Source: the human T2T-CHM13v2.0 reference genome, Homo sapiens. From it: a DNA stretch of 64,000 bases. The position numbers were made by a program, and so were the translations under genes. Where the stretch lies: the NCBI RefSeq assembly GCF_009914755.1, contig NC_060928.1; one strand, written 5' to 3'. Of the stretch, positions 1 to 16,766 are shown one piece after another (the first letter of the stretch is position 1; each line of letters begins with the position of its first letter). The notes below the pieces were generated by a model. It was not told where the DNA came from. It saw only the letters and a list, made by a program, of their open reading frames with translations, and ran no database searches.

Positions 1-89
1 TTCCTCATCAGAATTCCTAAGAGACACTAATTGAGATGTGTCCCAGATAGTTTTTTGATACTTTTTTTTCTAAAGCTGCTCTCCTTAAC

Positions 90-426
90 TGTAGTGATGG
101 CTGCCAACATCTACAGCAATGTGTTTAACGCATGATTCCATCCTCTTCCCCCTACCCAGCTAGAGCTGTTTGCATCAGTGATGCACAGGTGAACCAAGTG
201 GAGCCCATTACAATATTTCATTGTGGAATTTGGAATATTTCCAGTCAATGTGAGCTAGTCACTTTAATATAGGAGGGCAAATTTGGAATTGCAGAAAGGG
301 CATGTGCTAAGTGAAGCAAAGAAATCTGGTCTGCAGAGAAGAATGAAAAAATAACTGGTCAGTTACTGTAGGTAGCTTGTCAGACATAAGCATAGCAGAA
401 GAAGCCTCCCTCTACACACACACACA

Positions 427-465
<39 letters not shown>

Positions 466-1200
466 CAGGAATGTCAGGCAACCATCAGGTAATGGTCAGG
501 TGGTTAGTAACTATCTCTCTAAAATAATCATTGGTCACAGCTAGTGCCAGGGAAAGCTAGTCTCTCCATGGAGAGAAAAGACGTGAAACTGGTGATCAGC
601 AGCTTCCCTATGAGATCTCAAGAGTTGGGCGGGTGGGCTCAAGCATGTTCATTATGAGAAGTGATGGAGTTTAACTGGTATATGACCTTGGAGGGACATT
701 CCACTGGCAAGGCAAGAATGCCTGAAGTCAGCATGAGCACAACTCCAGTAAATACACTGTGCATGAGGCCCCTCTCAAGTGGTAGCAGGCCAGTGCATGT
801 GGACAGCCAACTTCAAGGGAAGCCTCAGGGGAGAAGGGATTCAAGACCCAGAAGTATGCCAACATATAAAATGCCAAGTCAAAGGTCATCAGTGCATTCT
901 CTCAGTGATCTCTCAAGTTGCCTGCTTGGCCCTCTTCCACGTGTACTTTATTTCCTTTCATTCCTGCTCTAAAGCTTTTTAATAAATTTCCACTCCTGCT
1001 CTAACACTTGCCTCAGACTCTTCTTCTGCCTTAGGTTGCCTCAAATTATTTCTTCTAAGGAGGCAAGAATTGAGGTTGCTGCAGACCTGTACAGATTCGC
1101 CGCTGGTAACAGTCAGAAGCAGGAACCAGAGAGAGAAAGCAACCCCTGCCTAGCTGAAGTCATTTTACATTAAATGAAACCAATTGACTTTTGACTAACA
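90..1200 (+). mobile_element. Old MLT1-like MaLR LTR interrupted by the MER50-like LTR
   Basis: Degenerate MLT1-like pieces at ~90-357 and ~1117-1200, ending gactaaca. Confidence 0.4.
363..1111 (+). mobile_element. Solo ERV1 LTR, MER50-like, with internal (CA)/(CT) microsatellite
   Basis: Diagnostic motifs ccaggaatgtcaggcaaccatcagg and actggtgatcagcagcttccc, TATAAAA at 866, AATAAA at 981, ending ...ggtaaca. Flanked by gtcag at 358-362 and 1112-1116 (TSD-like). Confidence 0.8.
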
Positions 1201-2334
1201 GAATAATAAATAATTAAATCAGCTTTATTTGTATGGATAACTCATAAGGTTAGAATATTTCCTGGAAACTGTCCCTGTAAGGATAATATTTTATCTTATT
1301 AATAATTTTTGGATGAAATACTTCCTCTATATCCTGACTGCTTAAGAGAAAAAGCGGAACAACACTTAAGTTGTTTTGAAGATCAATTTTATTATTGAGC
1401 ACATGCCCATCATTGTACCCCTGCTCTTGGTGAGGGTAAAGTGATGCATACAAAAAGGTTTTCAAAGAGTGTTGTCATAGATTTATGTAAGCCTATCATC
1501 AAAAAATCTACAAAATTACAATCCTTTAGTCTGCTTTTGATAAACATTCCCTTCCTTCACTGTGCATTTTCCCTTCTTGCTGTAATTAGTATGCATTCCT
1601 GTTTTGATTTGTGAAACTGAATTGTTCATATCAGTGAAAAACAATTAATTGTTTTAGGAAAGTTTATATACATAATACCAAGAAAAGTGCCAGAGTGACT
1701 TTTGGTAAAACCATTCAAGGGTTTATTAATAAATTATCTACATGCTTTATTTAACAAGTGAATATCTTTTCCATCTTTAAGTTTTAACTAAAATATAGTT
1801 CAAACATACCAAAGAGAATGATCAAAACATAATGAACTTATAAGTCTATCACAACCACTACCTATCATTTGGTAAGAATAAAAAAGCTTTTTAGTAACTT
1901 TCCACTCCTGCTGTAACATTTGCCTCAGACTCTCCTTGGCAACATCACACACTGAGTCCTCAATATGGGTCAGGTATTGTGCTGAACACTGCATCATACT
2001 TTCTTGAGGAAGTAATACTTAAGTCAAATCTAAAGGGTAGGACATTAAGCTAGCCAACTGCAGTTGGACATGTACCCTATATAATAATAATAATAATAAT
2101 AATAAAAGAGATTAATAAGACTATATTATGGATAAAGGTCATTTTCCAATTTATGAGTTTCTCTATTAATCAGGAAAAGTGTTTTGAGAACTTCTAAAGA
2201 AGAAAATATTGGCATTAATTTATATTGATTTTAAATATATAACCAGGGTAAACACAGTGATACTTAATGAACCTAAAGAACAAATAATGCATGTATATCT
2301 CAAAAACCAAACAGAAACCAAGAACAAGAACAAG

Positions 2335-2570
2335 AATAATGCCAACATCACACTGAGTCCTCAATATGGGTCAGGTATTGTGCTAAACACTGCATCACTG
2401 ACTCATTGTAATCCTTATAACAACCTTGTACAGTAGGTAGTATTATACATAATGTATAGATGAAGAAACAGAAAGATTAACTAATTTGTTACACATGAGG
2501 TAGTAAAGAATTGGATCATATCTGGAATCTAGATTAGCTGATGTCAAGACCTCTATATTAACTATACTGC
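2335..2570 (-). mobile_element. MIR SINE remnant
   Basis: caggtattgtgctaaacac...aatccttataacaacct...atagatgaagaaacaga matches the MIR core pattern. Confidence 0.65.
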
Positions 2571-5500
2571 CATTAAGGATGCAAATATTTATATACATTA
2601 GTAAATTGGATCAAACTCAATGGAGGAGTAGCCCCATTGTTGTGTTTATGTTTGTGCAGGTTGTATATTTCACAACTCTAGGAGACATCATTCAAACCGA
2701 TGTTTTTTAATACTTGAGGACAGAAACTGAGTCCTGTTTACCACCATAATCTCTGTGCTTGGCATAAGCACTGTTGGTAAAAATAAGTTGTAAAGTATTA
2801 TTGGCTCAGCTTAGTACAATACAAAATAAATAGAAACTCCTAAATCCAAAGGTTGCTATCTTTGTTTCACTGTTCAATTTTCAGCAAAAAAAAAAAAAAA
2901 AAATCTGCAGCCTTTTGGTTCCAAACAATCCCTTCTTCCTAAAGATTTAAATACCTGATTATCAATCAGTAACTGATATAGGTAATGCAAATTTATATTT
3001 GAGGCATAGAGTGATCTGCTAGAGGTGAAGACAAAAAGGTCTTTACAGTAGAACAGTTTACAGTATTCACACAATCGATAACACTATAAATATCTAATTT
3101 TCAATGTGTTCAATATACAATAATTGCTATATTGATTCATCCAAAGAAGTATCCACACTTCTGGGTGGTAATGAGAGGTTTCATGTTGTATAACTTGAGC
3201 TGTACCTTGAAAAAATGATTATCATTAAGATGGATTTTATGGAGAGTAAGAAGTATTTCAAGTAATTTGTGGAAAACACCAGAAGTAGAAATTTATATGA
3301 ATCATTTGTAGAGTTAAGATGAAAGAAATGAGCTCATTAGAGGGAAAGTATTGGGGGATATAGGATCACAAAGACAACAATGGCTAGGCTCCAAAGGACC
3401 AAAATTTCAGGTTGAGCAGTTTGGGACGTCATTTTCTCCATTAGTGCAAGCACTGAACAACACAAAAAAGAGAGAGAGAATAAGGCAATGAATAGCAAAA
3501 GCCTCAAAAAACTTCAAAAGCAAGAGGAGTCTCTCTTCCCCTGCTGCCTTTAATGGAAATAATCAACAGGAATGCGGGATGATTACAGTATATTTTTTCT
3601 CTGTGGGAGAGGGAGATTATGTACTCAGAACCATAAAGCATTTGCTTTCAAAATTAATTCAAATTGACTTGCATGGGAGCACTGTCACAGGAATTGAAAA
3701 CAGCTGAAGGATGATAGGAAAAAAAAGATCATGATAAACACCAATCAAACCACTTGGAAAAAATACCTGGTGATTTGTCTCCAGGGAACTCTGCAAGGCC
3801 TAGTTTTATTTAACATTTTCATTAATAAATGGGAAGATGGAAGGAAAAAACAAAACAAAAATAATTATACTCACATACGGAAACTGGTGCAAATATCAAT
3901 GTCAGGAGATTTTTTTTTCAAAAGAAAAATAACTTTAGGCCTGGGTTTTGCATGGACTATATCATTTGGCAGAGAACCACTTAGACAGAGACCTATATAT
4001 CCCTCTATACATAATGGGGAAAAGGAAAATATTTGGACTCAATATGAGATTGTGGAAATTATACTGGGAAATATGCATCTGGTACAAGTCTGTTAACAGG
4101 TACCTCATGTCACAGGAGTAGGTAACAATAACTTGTATATGACTCTATAAATGCCCCGAAACTCTTTGTTCACATGTTTGCTTCCCGCCTGTTTTACAAA
4201 CAAGTGAAAAAAGCAATCTAAAGAAGAAAAAATCAGAATAATAAACAATTGGATGCAAAACTAGACAAAGTGATAAGTGTGGATAACACACCTGTACACG
4301 TTGTAATCTGGAGCAAAAACATTAGATAGAGGTTAGGATGGAGGGGAGAAGAGATGGATTTCACTGCATGAACTGCTAACGAGGAGGAACAGAGTTTGTC
4401 TGGATGTCATACTTTCTTGAGGAAGTAATACTTAAATCTAAAGGGTAGGACATTTAGCTAGCCAATTGCAGTTGGGTTAAAAAGAGATTAATAAGATGAT
4501 ATTATGGATAAAGGCCATTTTCCAATTTATGAGTTTCTCTATTAATTAGGAAAAGTGTTTTGAGAACTTCTAAAGAATAAAATATTGGCATTAATTTATA
4601 TTGATTTTACATATATAACCAGGGTAAACACAGTGATACCTAATGAAGCTAATGAACAAATAATGCATGTATATCTCAATCGTACTATGCAGGAATATGC
4701 TATGACTATTATCAATTCATTTTAAGTGTTTGTATATATCAAAGACTAAATACAATACTTGTCTTATATACAGAAGCAGAGAAGAACATTTTAAAGAACC
4801 TTATTCATAATTGCTGTTTCCATGTGAGAAATCTAAATGCAAAATATTTTGTCTTCTATACTTCAGTGTATGCTTAATGACTAGCTTGAATTCCATAAAT
4901 TATTTATCTTAATTATTTTACAGATGGGGTATGCTTTTTATTTTTCTAAAAAATAATGAATACAAAGCTACTTTGGATCAGGCTTGTTCTTCATTATATT
5001 GGCATTTGCATTATATATTATAATATCCATTCCCTTTAGAATTATTGTCTATCACTGTTCAAATAAAGAGCTTTTCTATATCCACTAATGTGCTCTTTTT
5101 TTTACCCACTTCAGCATTACTTTAATCTTTATTAGCCCCTTCATGCTCAGTGTGGGCTTCTGTGCTAGTCATTATTTTTCCTTTCTTTCAGTAGGAAGCA
5201 AAGCCAAAATAAGGTTCTGGCAAAACTCACTGTGATCCTCAACAAAATACGAGATCAGCAGAGTTCAAATGCTTCTCCTTATTCTTGCCTTTAATTTGAG
5301 GTACAAGAAATTATACACAAAACACGCACACAAACACAAACATGCACACTATTGTCAAAATCTGAGTACCAGAATGGAAAATCCAGCTTAAGTTCTTCTT
5401 GATTCAGGAGAAAACACATAAAACACTAACAATGTATTCACAGTCCATTTTGAGTAAAAACCTGAGTTATTTCCAGCTTCAAAAGTAAGCACAAAGGTTC

Positions 5501-7917
5501 TGTCTCAAAGAAATAACAGAACAAAGCGACAATAAAACAAGAAAAGCCATAAACTCCTGTTTTGAAGTATCTACAATGTAGGGTTACTTTTTCTTTCTCC
5601 TCCAGGCACAGAGCAACTTACTTTGTCTCCATTTTAGTACAAATACCACTTAAGTCAATAATCTGAAGTCTTCAAATGAAAAAATGATTATGAATGATCC
5701 TAAAAGTTCTTAAGATCAGCATTAGAAAAAAATTTAAAATGATGTTTATATTCTTTATTTGACTGGAGGAATAAAATAGAGCAAAAATCAAAGCAGAATT
5801 AGCAATACAACTGATGCTCAGGGGAATGTAGTGGTTTCCCCATTGTGTGCTAGAGGAAGCACAGACAACTCAGTGGGGAGAAGACTGGTTCCACCAAAGC
5901 AAAGGAGGCAGGTGTATCTTGTGATCTTACATAACAACAGCTTACAGAAAAAAAAAGAGCAATAGTGGAATTTCTAAGACATGAGATCACAAACTGTTCT
6001 AAGCAAACACCAAACCATTAATTTTATTCTCACAAGAATAAGCCTTGAAAACACTTGATAAAAATTTCCAGGGAAAGATTATGTTCACATAAAGGCTTAG
6101 ACTATATAAATTAATCAATACAAAATGTTCCAGACGCTGACTGAAACAACTCTAATGTAATTAGAAGGAAGCAAAAACAAAATACATTTTTAGGTTGTGT
6201 ACATATAGGCTAGTGAAGCTATGAATAATGAGATTGATAGCTTAAGGGCAGAAAGATAAAGAGGGAGGAAAGCTTTAAGTGAGGAAATATTTATTTTACA
6301 GAGTCTATTGGGTTTACTATTATTCCGCCAAGTAATTTGATCAGAAAACTGAGATTAGTGTATTTCTATGAAGTTTTAAAATTGATTCTAAATGCTTTCA
6401 TAATTTTAATTAAAATGAGATTTATATAAAACAAGACTTTTACCTTTTAAGAAAGATATTTAGTTCTTAAAGGTTTTGTTTATCTTTTTCTAATGTTCAG
6501 GTTTGGAATTTGCTAACATAGGTTTGACACTCAATGAGAAAGTGAAACCTTGCAGAAATTTGAGTAGCTATGTTCTATATGTTGTTTCAACATTTATGGT
6601 CTAACAGTGGATAGAATGCAACCCACTCTGGACATTTTAAAACTTCTCTTTGAGGTGAATTCCCTCTTTAGCATGGACTCTTGTAGGTATAAAGTAAAAT
6701 CTGGGTACCCGCCAGAACCTGGTCGTTACTCTGAAAACCTAACCATTTAGAGTAGCTCATGTCTGGTTTTAAATAATCAGGACGTTGGATGACCTGGGAT
6801 TGAAATGGACTCAGTCTCCAAGTAAATGCAAAGCCTTGGGAAAGTCACTTACCCATACTGAATCTCATTTTTTTTTTCATCTACAAACAGAATATTAAGT
6901 GTCCCTTTGTGCATTGTCATTATTAGTACTAAATGTTGGTGTATATTTATATACTGAAAGTGTATTTTTTCATAGCAAGATAGAATTAGAAAGAGCTATA
7001 TGACACTGCATGTGCCAAATACAGAATACGTGCTCTTCCCAGGTGTGTCGCTAACTACTTAAGTGACCTTGGTCAAATACCATCATCTCTCTGACACTTT
7101 TGCACATCTATAAAAAGAAAGAACAATACAAGAAAATGTATTATCTACCGCCTTTTTCTCCTTGATTCTTCATTCTCAGGACCATAATGCTCCCTTAAGT
7201 TCTAGGATGTGAGGAATTTGGGGTGTTTTACTTCACTGCTGTAGCCCCAGTGCCTAGAAGACTGAGGGAAATACACTAGGAGCCTGATAAATATTTGTTG
7301 AATGAATAAATGCAGCAAATTTGCATAAAATTTGCTGTAACATAGTACTGCTAGATATGTCCAGAAGAAAAAAGAGGAGAGTTAAAGTTACTATCATGAG
7401 GCAGACCAACAGGCACACAAATATACACACACAAACACACACAAATAAATACTGTCTGTCACATATGTAACAGTTGAAAAATACATATGGATGCCAAAAT
7501 TCAAATGGCATTTCCTAATTAAGGGGAAGTACTCAAAGACTAAAAAGAAACCATGCCAGCATGCACAGAAAAGTTTTTTTTTTTTTTTTTTCAGTTAGGT
7601 CCCTCCAGAAACAAACAAAAAAAAATGTGGATGCTTCTGCAATATCAAAAAAATGACTATTCATTGCTGTCATTGTCACAGATTGGTAACTTAAATGAAT
7701 GAGGAGTGTCGGGTAGTAAATAAGTCAAAGAGGAGAATTTGCATACTCTCCTATATGGCAGTTTTACTCAGCTTTGGACTATTCAAGCTATGAAAGGCTC
7801 CTGCCTCTGGCTTCCTGAAATATCCAATTAACAGAAACTTGAAATTCAGATTTTATATGAAATCTTCAAATTTTGTCTGTTAAAAATGAACTCATATATA
7901 TACACAAATATGAGTTT

Positions 7918-7920
<3 letters not shown>

Positions 7921-7959
<39 letters not shown>
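7921..7959. repeat. (AT)n microsatellite
   Basis: About 19 perfect AT units. Confidence 0.95.
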
Positions 7960-7960
<1 letters not shown>

Positions 7961-8816
7961 GTATATGCTAAAACAAACAAAACCTTATGGAGTGGTGGTT
8001 CTCTTAGCATTAACATAGAAATGCAATAGAAGGTCAAGGAAAGGATATTTACTGACTGCCAACACTGTGTCAAGTTCTTTGCTAGGTTTTACTTATTCCG
8101 TGTTTATCAGAAAACTGTAAGTAATTTATGCCCCATTTTATAAATAAAAAATAAGTTATCCTTCCAATAAATATTTATTGAAGTTCTATTACAAGCCAGA
8201 AATTGAGTCAAGTTTTAGAAACATTGTAAAGTGGCAAATATGAAATAATTACAGTAAGTCTGAGTTTACAATGTAATAAAGAGGACACATACAGAAAAGT
8301 ATTGCAGGTGCAATGATTGTTTTTAACAAATGTATGGTACATGTATCTGATTATGAGGAATGAATAATAGTGTTTCCCTTAAATTCTTGCCAAATTCTTA
8401 AGCCCAGATTTGAGGTAGACATTTTTACCAGTATAAGAAATAAACATATCCATTCTTAAGGCCTAAAGTTAAGAAGAATATTCTGAAAAAAGTGAAGAAA
8501 GTGTAGTACTTTTAATTGAATATTCATACAATTGCTTTTTTATTATTTATAAGGCATTTTGAATTCCCAAGGGACCAATACAACTTAATATATATTTATT
8601 AACTATATCATCTGTATTAGGCAATATGCCAGGCAATATCTCCACAACTGGGGATAAAAATCTGAGTAAGATTGATTCACTTTAAATCAGGAATTCTATT
8701 TAGAGGAAGAAACTATATGTAAATAATACAAAACAAAGTAAGTTTTCTGGTAGCATAAGAGAAAAAACAATCTCTAGAACAGAATTCATAATTTACATGA
8801 TATATGTAAATAGGCA

Positions 8817-9168
<352 letters not shown>

Positions 9169-9639
9169 TCACTCAAGGACAGGGACCCTCCTCTTACCCA
9201 AGTTTTATATAAATCAGACTCTGGTGTAAGACATTGTATACAACAAATATTTAAGGCCACTTACTGATTCAAATTATACTTGATTTCTTTAAAACAATGT
9301 TAATATGCAAATCATACTTGAATTTGAAATAAAATGATTTTAAGCCATATCTATGAAAGCATAAATGCAAACAGCAGCACTGTGTGTTTATTATTAAAAC
9401 ATGACATCAAATCATAAAACAATACCATAAACAAACTCTTGTAAAATTAACTGTTGTTACTTAAAACACATTTTTCAAACTTGAGGGAAATCAAATAATC
9501 AGTTTATGTTTCCCTATGGAAATGAAGTAGACAGAATAAAAGGAAAATAAAGATGCAGTTTTCTCAGAAAAAATATGTAGGTTGCATATGTGTAAAACCT
9601 ATTTCTAAAGTTATATTTCCAGTAGTAAAAATATTTATT

Positions 9640-11830
<2,191 letters not shown>

Positions 11831-13727
11831 ATCTATATTTCACCTACGATTATGTTGCTTATCTAATCACAAATGGCACAGCCAACTAAAAACATTTTAA
11901 GTCTATATGTTTTTACTATCATTGTATATACCTTGAACATTCATTTTCCTTAAATATAATACATTTTTTCCTTCATTTTGCATTCGAGTGATACAATACA
12001 AAACATAACACCTGAATCCCATACACATTTTTCACCCTCAAATATACATTCATTAAGCCCCTCTAAATTAACTTCCCTGTCTTCAATATGAACATCTGGT
12101 ACACTATGTTGAAGGAAACATTACTCAACATAATTACAAGAATTTTGAAAAGGATGCTTATTGTTTAAAAAACAGAACAAATACACCACTATATTAACAA
12201 TAATAATAGAAAAAAAAGACAGCATGAAGTTGTTAGAATAATTTAAAAAATCCCACTCCCAATACAGAAGGATTATGTTTTTATAAAGCAATTAATTGTT
12301 TCATATAGAAATCATGTATAAAATTGAGTAATTGTCTTCAAATGTATAGTTGCAACAGCAACTACAACACCATACGTATACTCTCATAGATATGCTCTTC
12401 CAAGGCTCTATTTTAATAATGTCTGAGTGGAAACAGGAGAAAAACACAAAACTAAATTCAAAGAGAATATCTCATATATTTTCTCTGGATTCTAAAAAAT
12501 TAATTTCAACACAGCACATCAGCCATCCTCTCAGAAAGAAAAAAAAATTAAAATATTTATTCAATAGATTATTTTTGGTACATGAAAAAAGGGAGAATAC
12601 AAAATATCTGTATAGGTTCTCATAGACAGATGTTAGCCAGGCATTTATCTGTATGGAGCGATGATAGATGAGAGAAAGAGTGTGATGGTGCAGGGAAGAA
12701 GGAAGAGTGTAAGAAAGATAAAAGAGGAACACATTGAAAGTATACATGTTATCATCTTGAGCCTGGCTCTACCTGGGTTATGCAATGTTTTTGTTTGTTT
12801 TTTGTTATTTTGCCTTACCTTTATGTTCTATTATCTTAAAAATCTAGTAGTATTCCTTCTTAATATTATGTCTTTAAGTACATCTGTAACTTTTAACAAC
12901 TAAAAAGAAATACCAAATTGATGAAAAACATAAAAGCCCACTGAGATGAGGATGTTAATATACAAATTATTATGAATTAGAATAATTAATACAATGTGTT
13001 ATTTCCATAATAACTTTCTTAGTAAAGGACTGATTCACACATCTGGTTTACTCATTAATTTGAAAATGAAAATTTTGCCTCTTTAGGTTGTTATAATCAA
13101 ATTTGTTATAATATTTGATTACTCTAAAATTAACCTTTGATATCATCTAAAAATATAAGTGTGCACAATTTTCTAGATGAATTGCATGTGTACATGATAT
13201 TATAATAGTTTCTTGGAATCTTTTTTTATCTCATTGTCATTTAAAGGAATTTCTTATAATATTTTTTATTCCCTGATTCTGTAAATGAAGTAAAAATTAA
13301 ATTGGTCCCAGCGTTGAATCAACACTGATCATAGACCTGTTAAATTTTATTTCCTGTGCAATATGCCAGGATGATGGCAAATTAATAGCAAATAAAATAC
13401 TTTTATCTTTAATATAAACTAATTCTGAAAGTTTCTTTGTTGTTTTAATGTGAACTTTTCCTAAATGCTGAAGGAAACTTCACATTTCTTTGTGGAACAA
13501 TACTCAGAGAGGAAATAATATATTGACTCTTCAGTCACTGAAAGCCCTTCCCTAGTGTTCCTTTTTTTGATTAGAGTTATTTGAAGTCCCCTCACCCCAT
13601 CCAACACACACATAGCACCTCCTGTCTTAACAACATATACATCCAGTACATATTCATTCCTGTGTTACAAGTATCAAGATGCTTACGCACATAGCTTAAG
13701 TTTTAGAAAAACTTTCATAAAACTTAC

Positions 13728-13792
13728 CCCATTTTTTGGAAAAGCAATCCATCCCAGGTCCCCCATGACAGTGCGTGAATCCAATAAATTCA
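13728..13792 (-). CDS. EPHA5: EPHA5 coding exon 2 (65 bp, start of the ephrin ligand-binding domain)
   Basis: Not in the ORF track. Minus strand reads ttcttttcttttcag|TGAATTTATTGGATTCACGC...AAAAATGGG|gtaagt. With the phase-1 G from exon 1 it gives [22 protein letters not shown], the Eph-family 'VNLLD...LGW' motif. Confidence 0.96.
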
Positions 13793-16766
13793 CTGAAAAG
13801 AAAAGAACAAAAAACTCAGTGAAATGTATATTATCATGAACATTGTATCTCTATTTTAATAGTGTTATTAAAATTGCATGTTGTTTACATAACTGAAATT
13901 AAGTGTTCATTATGATGAATACAATGGGTATAATTTAAAGAAAATATATTGATGCAGGAGAACAAATGATTTTAAATAAACATTTGAAGAACAATCACAG
14001 CAAAATTCTCTGAAAGCAAATCATTACCCTAATTTTTTTCTTGCAAAACAATAATAAATTTAAAAAAAAAGCTAATAAGGAAAAAAAAAGACAAAAAGTA
14101 AGCCCACAAAAATGAAACTTTCATGTGGCCTTGTACAAAGCTCGAGGTTTTGGGATTAAGCTGCAGCCATAAAATTGGAGCTAAATGTATTTTATTTTCT
14201 TCTGGAAAGCTGTTATGCAGCAATTAACAAATAATTTACATTAAACAGCAATAAACTATTCCCAAGCTTGTAACATTTTTTGTGATATTAACAGAAATCT
14301 GTAATCCAAATTGCAAGTTTAATTAAGAAATAAATCTACACACCCTTAACCAAGACAAGGAAATTGTAGCAGTTCTTGAGATAGTTGATATACTTAAGAA
14401 TCCATGGCATTCCCAAAGATATCTTCTTCTTAGATATGACCATAGTCTAAAAAGGATGTTTCATGTAGAACTGTCAGATATATTATATATGGGAATCCCA
14501 AGATATTTAGAAACTCCAGGACGGAAGTTTGAGTACCGTCATTACAAAAGGAAGCCATTTATGAGTATCTACACACACACACACACCCCCATGCACACAC
14601 ATACACACTCATACATATCATACATATGGTGTTACATACTGTCTCTGAGAAATCAAACTAGCTTATAGGGTACTGTCTAGTCAAAATACTTTAGCCCTGG
14701 ATCACAGATCATTATTTTTCCAACCTATTATACCTATCCCACATGGTTCTACCTGGCCTCCTGTGCAACAGAACAACTTTGAATGAGCCTGGAATATGAA
14801 CCTGAAAGGGAAACACGTGAGTTATTCCTATGTAGAGGTATTGAGGCTTCCTTAAGCTGTATTCAAAAGCCAGTATCTTGAAATGCTACCATTTCTAAAA
14901 GGATGATTCTTTGTGTAAGTGTAAGCCTAAAGTACTAAAGGAATAACAGTTGATAGGCTGGGATGTGTTTTAATACTTTATAAGATAATATAACATTATT
15001 ATGACTGAGGAAATTTTCTACATCTTAGAGAAATTATGTACATTTAACTATTATTATGCATCATTTATTTCACAGTAGCAAAAATTAATGAGACAAAAGC
15101 ACGTTTGGGAACATGCATATCTTATAAACCACATTGAAAGTATATAATAATGTTAGTAACATTAAAATAAATCAATAACTTAAAATCTGTAGAAAAACAA
15201 ATATGTTAAATATTACCTATATATACACATATATAGGTTGTTGCTAAATATACTTTATTCATCTATTTTCTGAGCTCATTAACTATACAAATGCATGCAA
15301 TATAATGTTTGTATCATTTTTAACCTACTCAAATCATACTGGTTTTAAGGAATAATAATTAATTTGTGGAACTGTTAATTTCTTAAAGGAATGGTGATCT
15401 AACTGAAAAACTATTCTTTAAAAAACAAACAAAAACTGTTCTAATACCCACTGACCTTGCAAATCCTGCCACTCACTACATCTAATTTTTCAGACAGATC
15501 CATACTCTTCTTTTTACTTTATGGTTGGCTTTCCTGATTTCCATGGGAATAAGGCTACATTAAACTTAAATGCCCTTGTCCTCATTTTAGTTTTTCTGGG
15601 ACACTAGGGCTGTGTCTAGACATGACTAAATACCAAGGGGTTGCAGAACCTAAATTTTATGTTTATTCATCTTAATGATTCATTTGATTCACCTTTTATA
15701 TTGAGCAGCAGCATATCTGTGTAGATGAGACAAAGTAGAGCAAATCAGCAAACTAAGGGTGCTAATGACGGCAATCAAATTGAACTTAATCCTTTGGCAG
15801 CAAACTGATGTGCATAGGAATTCCAGGAATTCATAACCAGCCTACCATGAGAAACACAGCATTCCTTGTAGACCTCTTACTAATATGAAATATGAAGTAT
15901 TATCAACAGAATTTCAGATGGTTTTTCAAGATTCAGTTAACTGCACTTGAATTAGGTTTAAACTAAATTACCATTTTTACCTTTTTTTTTTTTTCCTGGA
16001 AAATATGTATGTGTTGGACAAAACGAATTACCTCAAAAAACTAGCTTGGCTGTTAATATAATTTATTGAGTGTTCTCAATGTCGGAATACACTGCAGAAT
16101 ACATGAGAATAACTACATTAGGAATCTCTATAATCTTACAGTGATATGGTCAAATAGTTTTATTCGTATATAGACTAGGAAATTCACAAGAAATACATGT
16201 ATGTATCTTCCCACTACTGCCTAAAATTGTGGTCCTTCTGGAAACAAATGATTTCATAAAATTCACAATCTTAAAAAGGTAATTACACATCCCATTTCTA
16301 GAATGGAAATTGAGAAAAAGAGTAAAATTAGGCATTTTAGCAATTATTTGCATATTATTATATTATGATTTTGTTTATATAATGGAGAATAAATTAGGAT
16401 TTGATTCTCAGAGAAAATAACTAAAATGTATGTGCAAATTTTAAAATACATATCTTTCTTTTACCTTCTGAATTGCTAACGTTTCCTTTGTCCTTCAAAA
16501 CGTATTTCAGGAACTTCCTTCTTCAGGACACTATTCTGATCTTCCCTTTCCTAAATCTGAGTTAGGTATTATTACTTAATATTCTATGACTACTCAATTC
16601 CTATCTCTAAAACACTGAATGCACAGAATTCTCTTATAAGAACACCATGTTTGACTCACGCCTATGAACCTAGCCTCAGTTCAGAAGAGCTGAATAGCTG
16701 TTTATCTTATGAATGAATAATCTGGTCAATGGAAAGATCAGGAGGGTGTGGCTAATCAGCATACAC

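Noticed and set aside
1883-2340. Mosaic as a processed retrocopy with an A-rich tail
   Set aside because: The source segments lack consistent GT-AG boundaries, no TSD is visible, and the A-rich spacer may belong to the adjacent MIR end.
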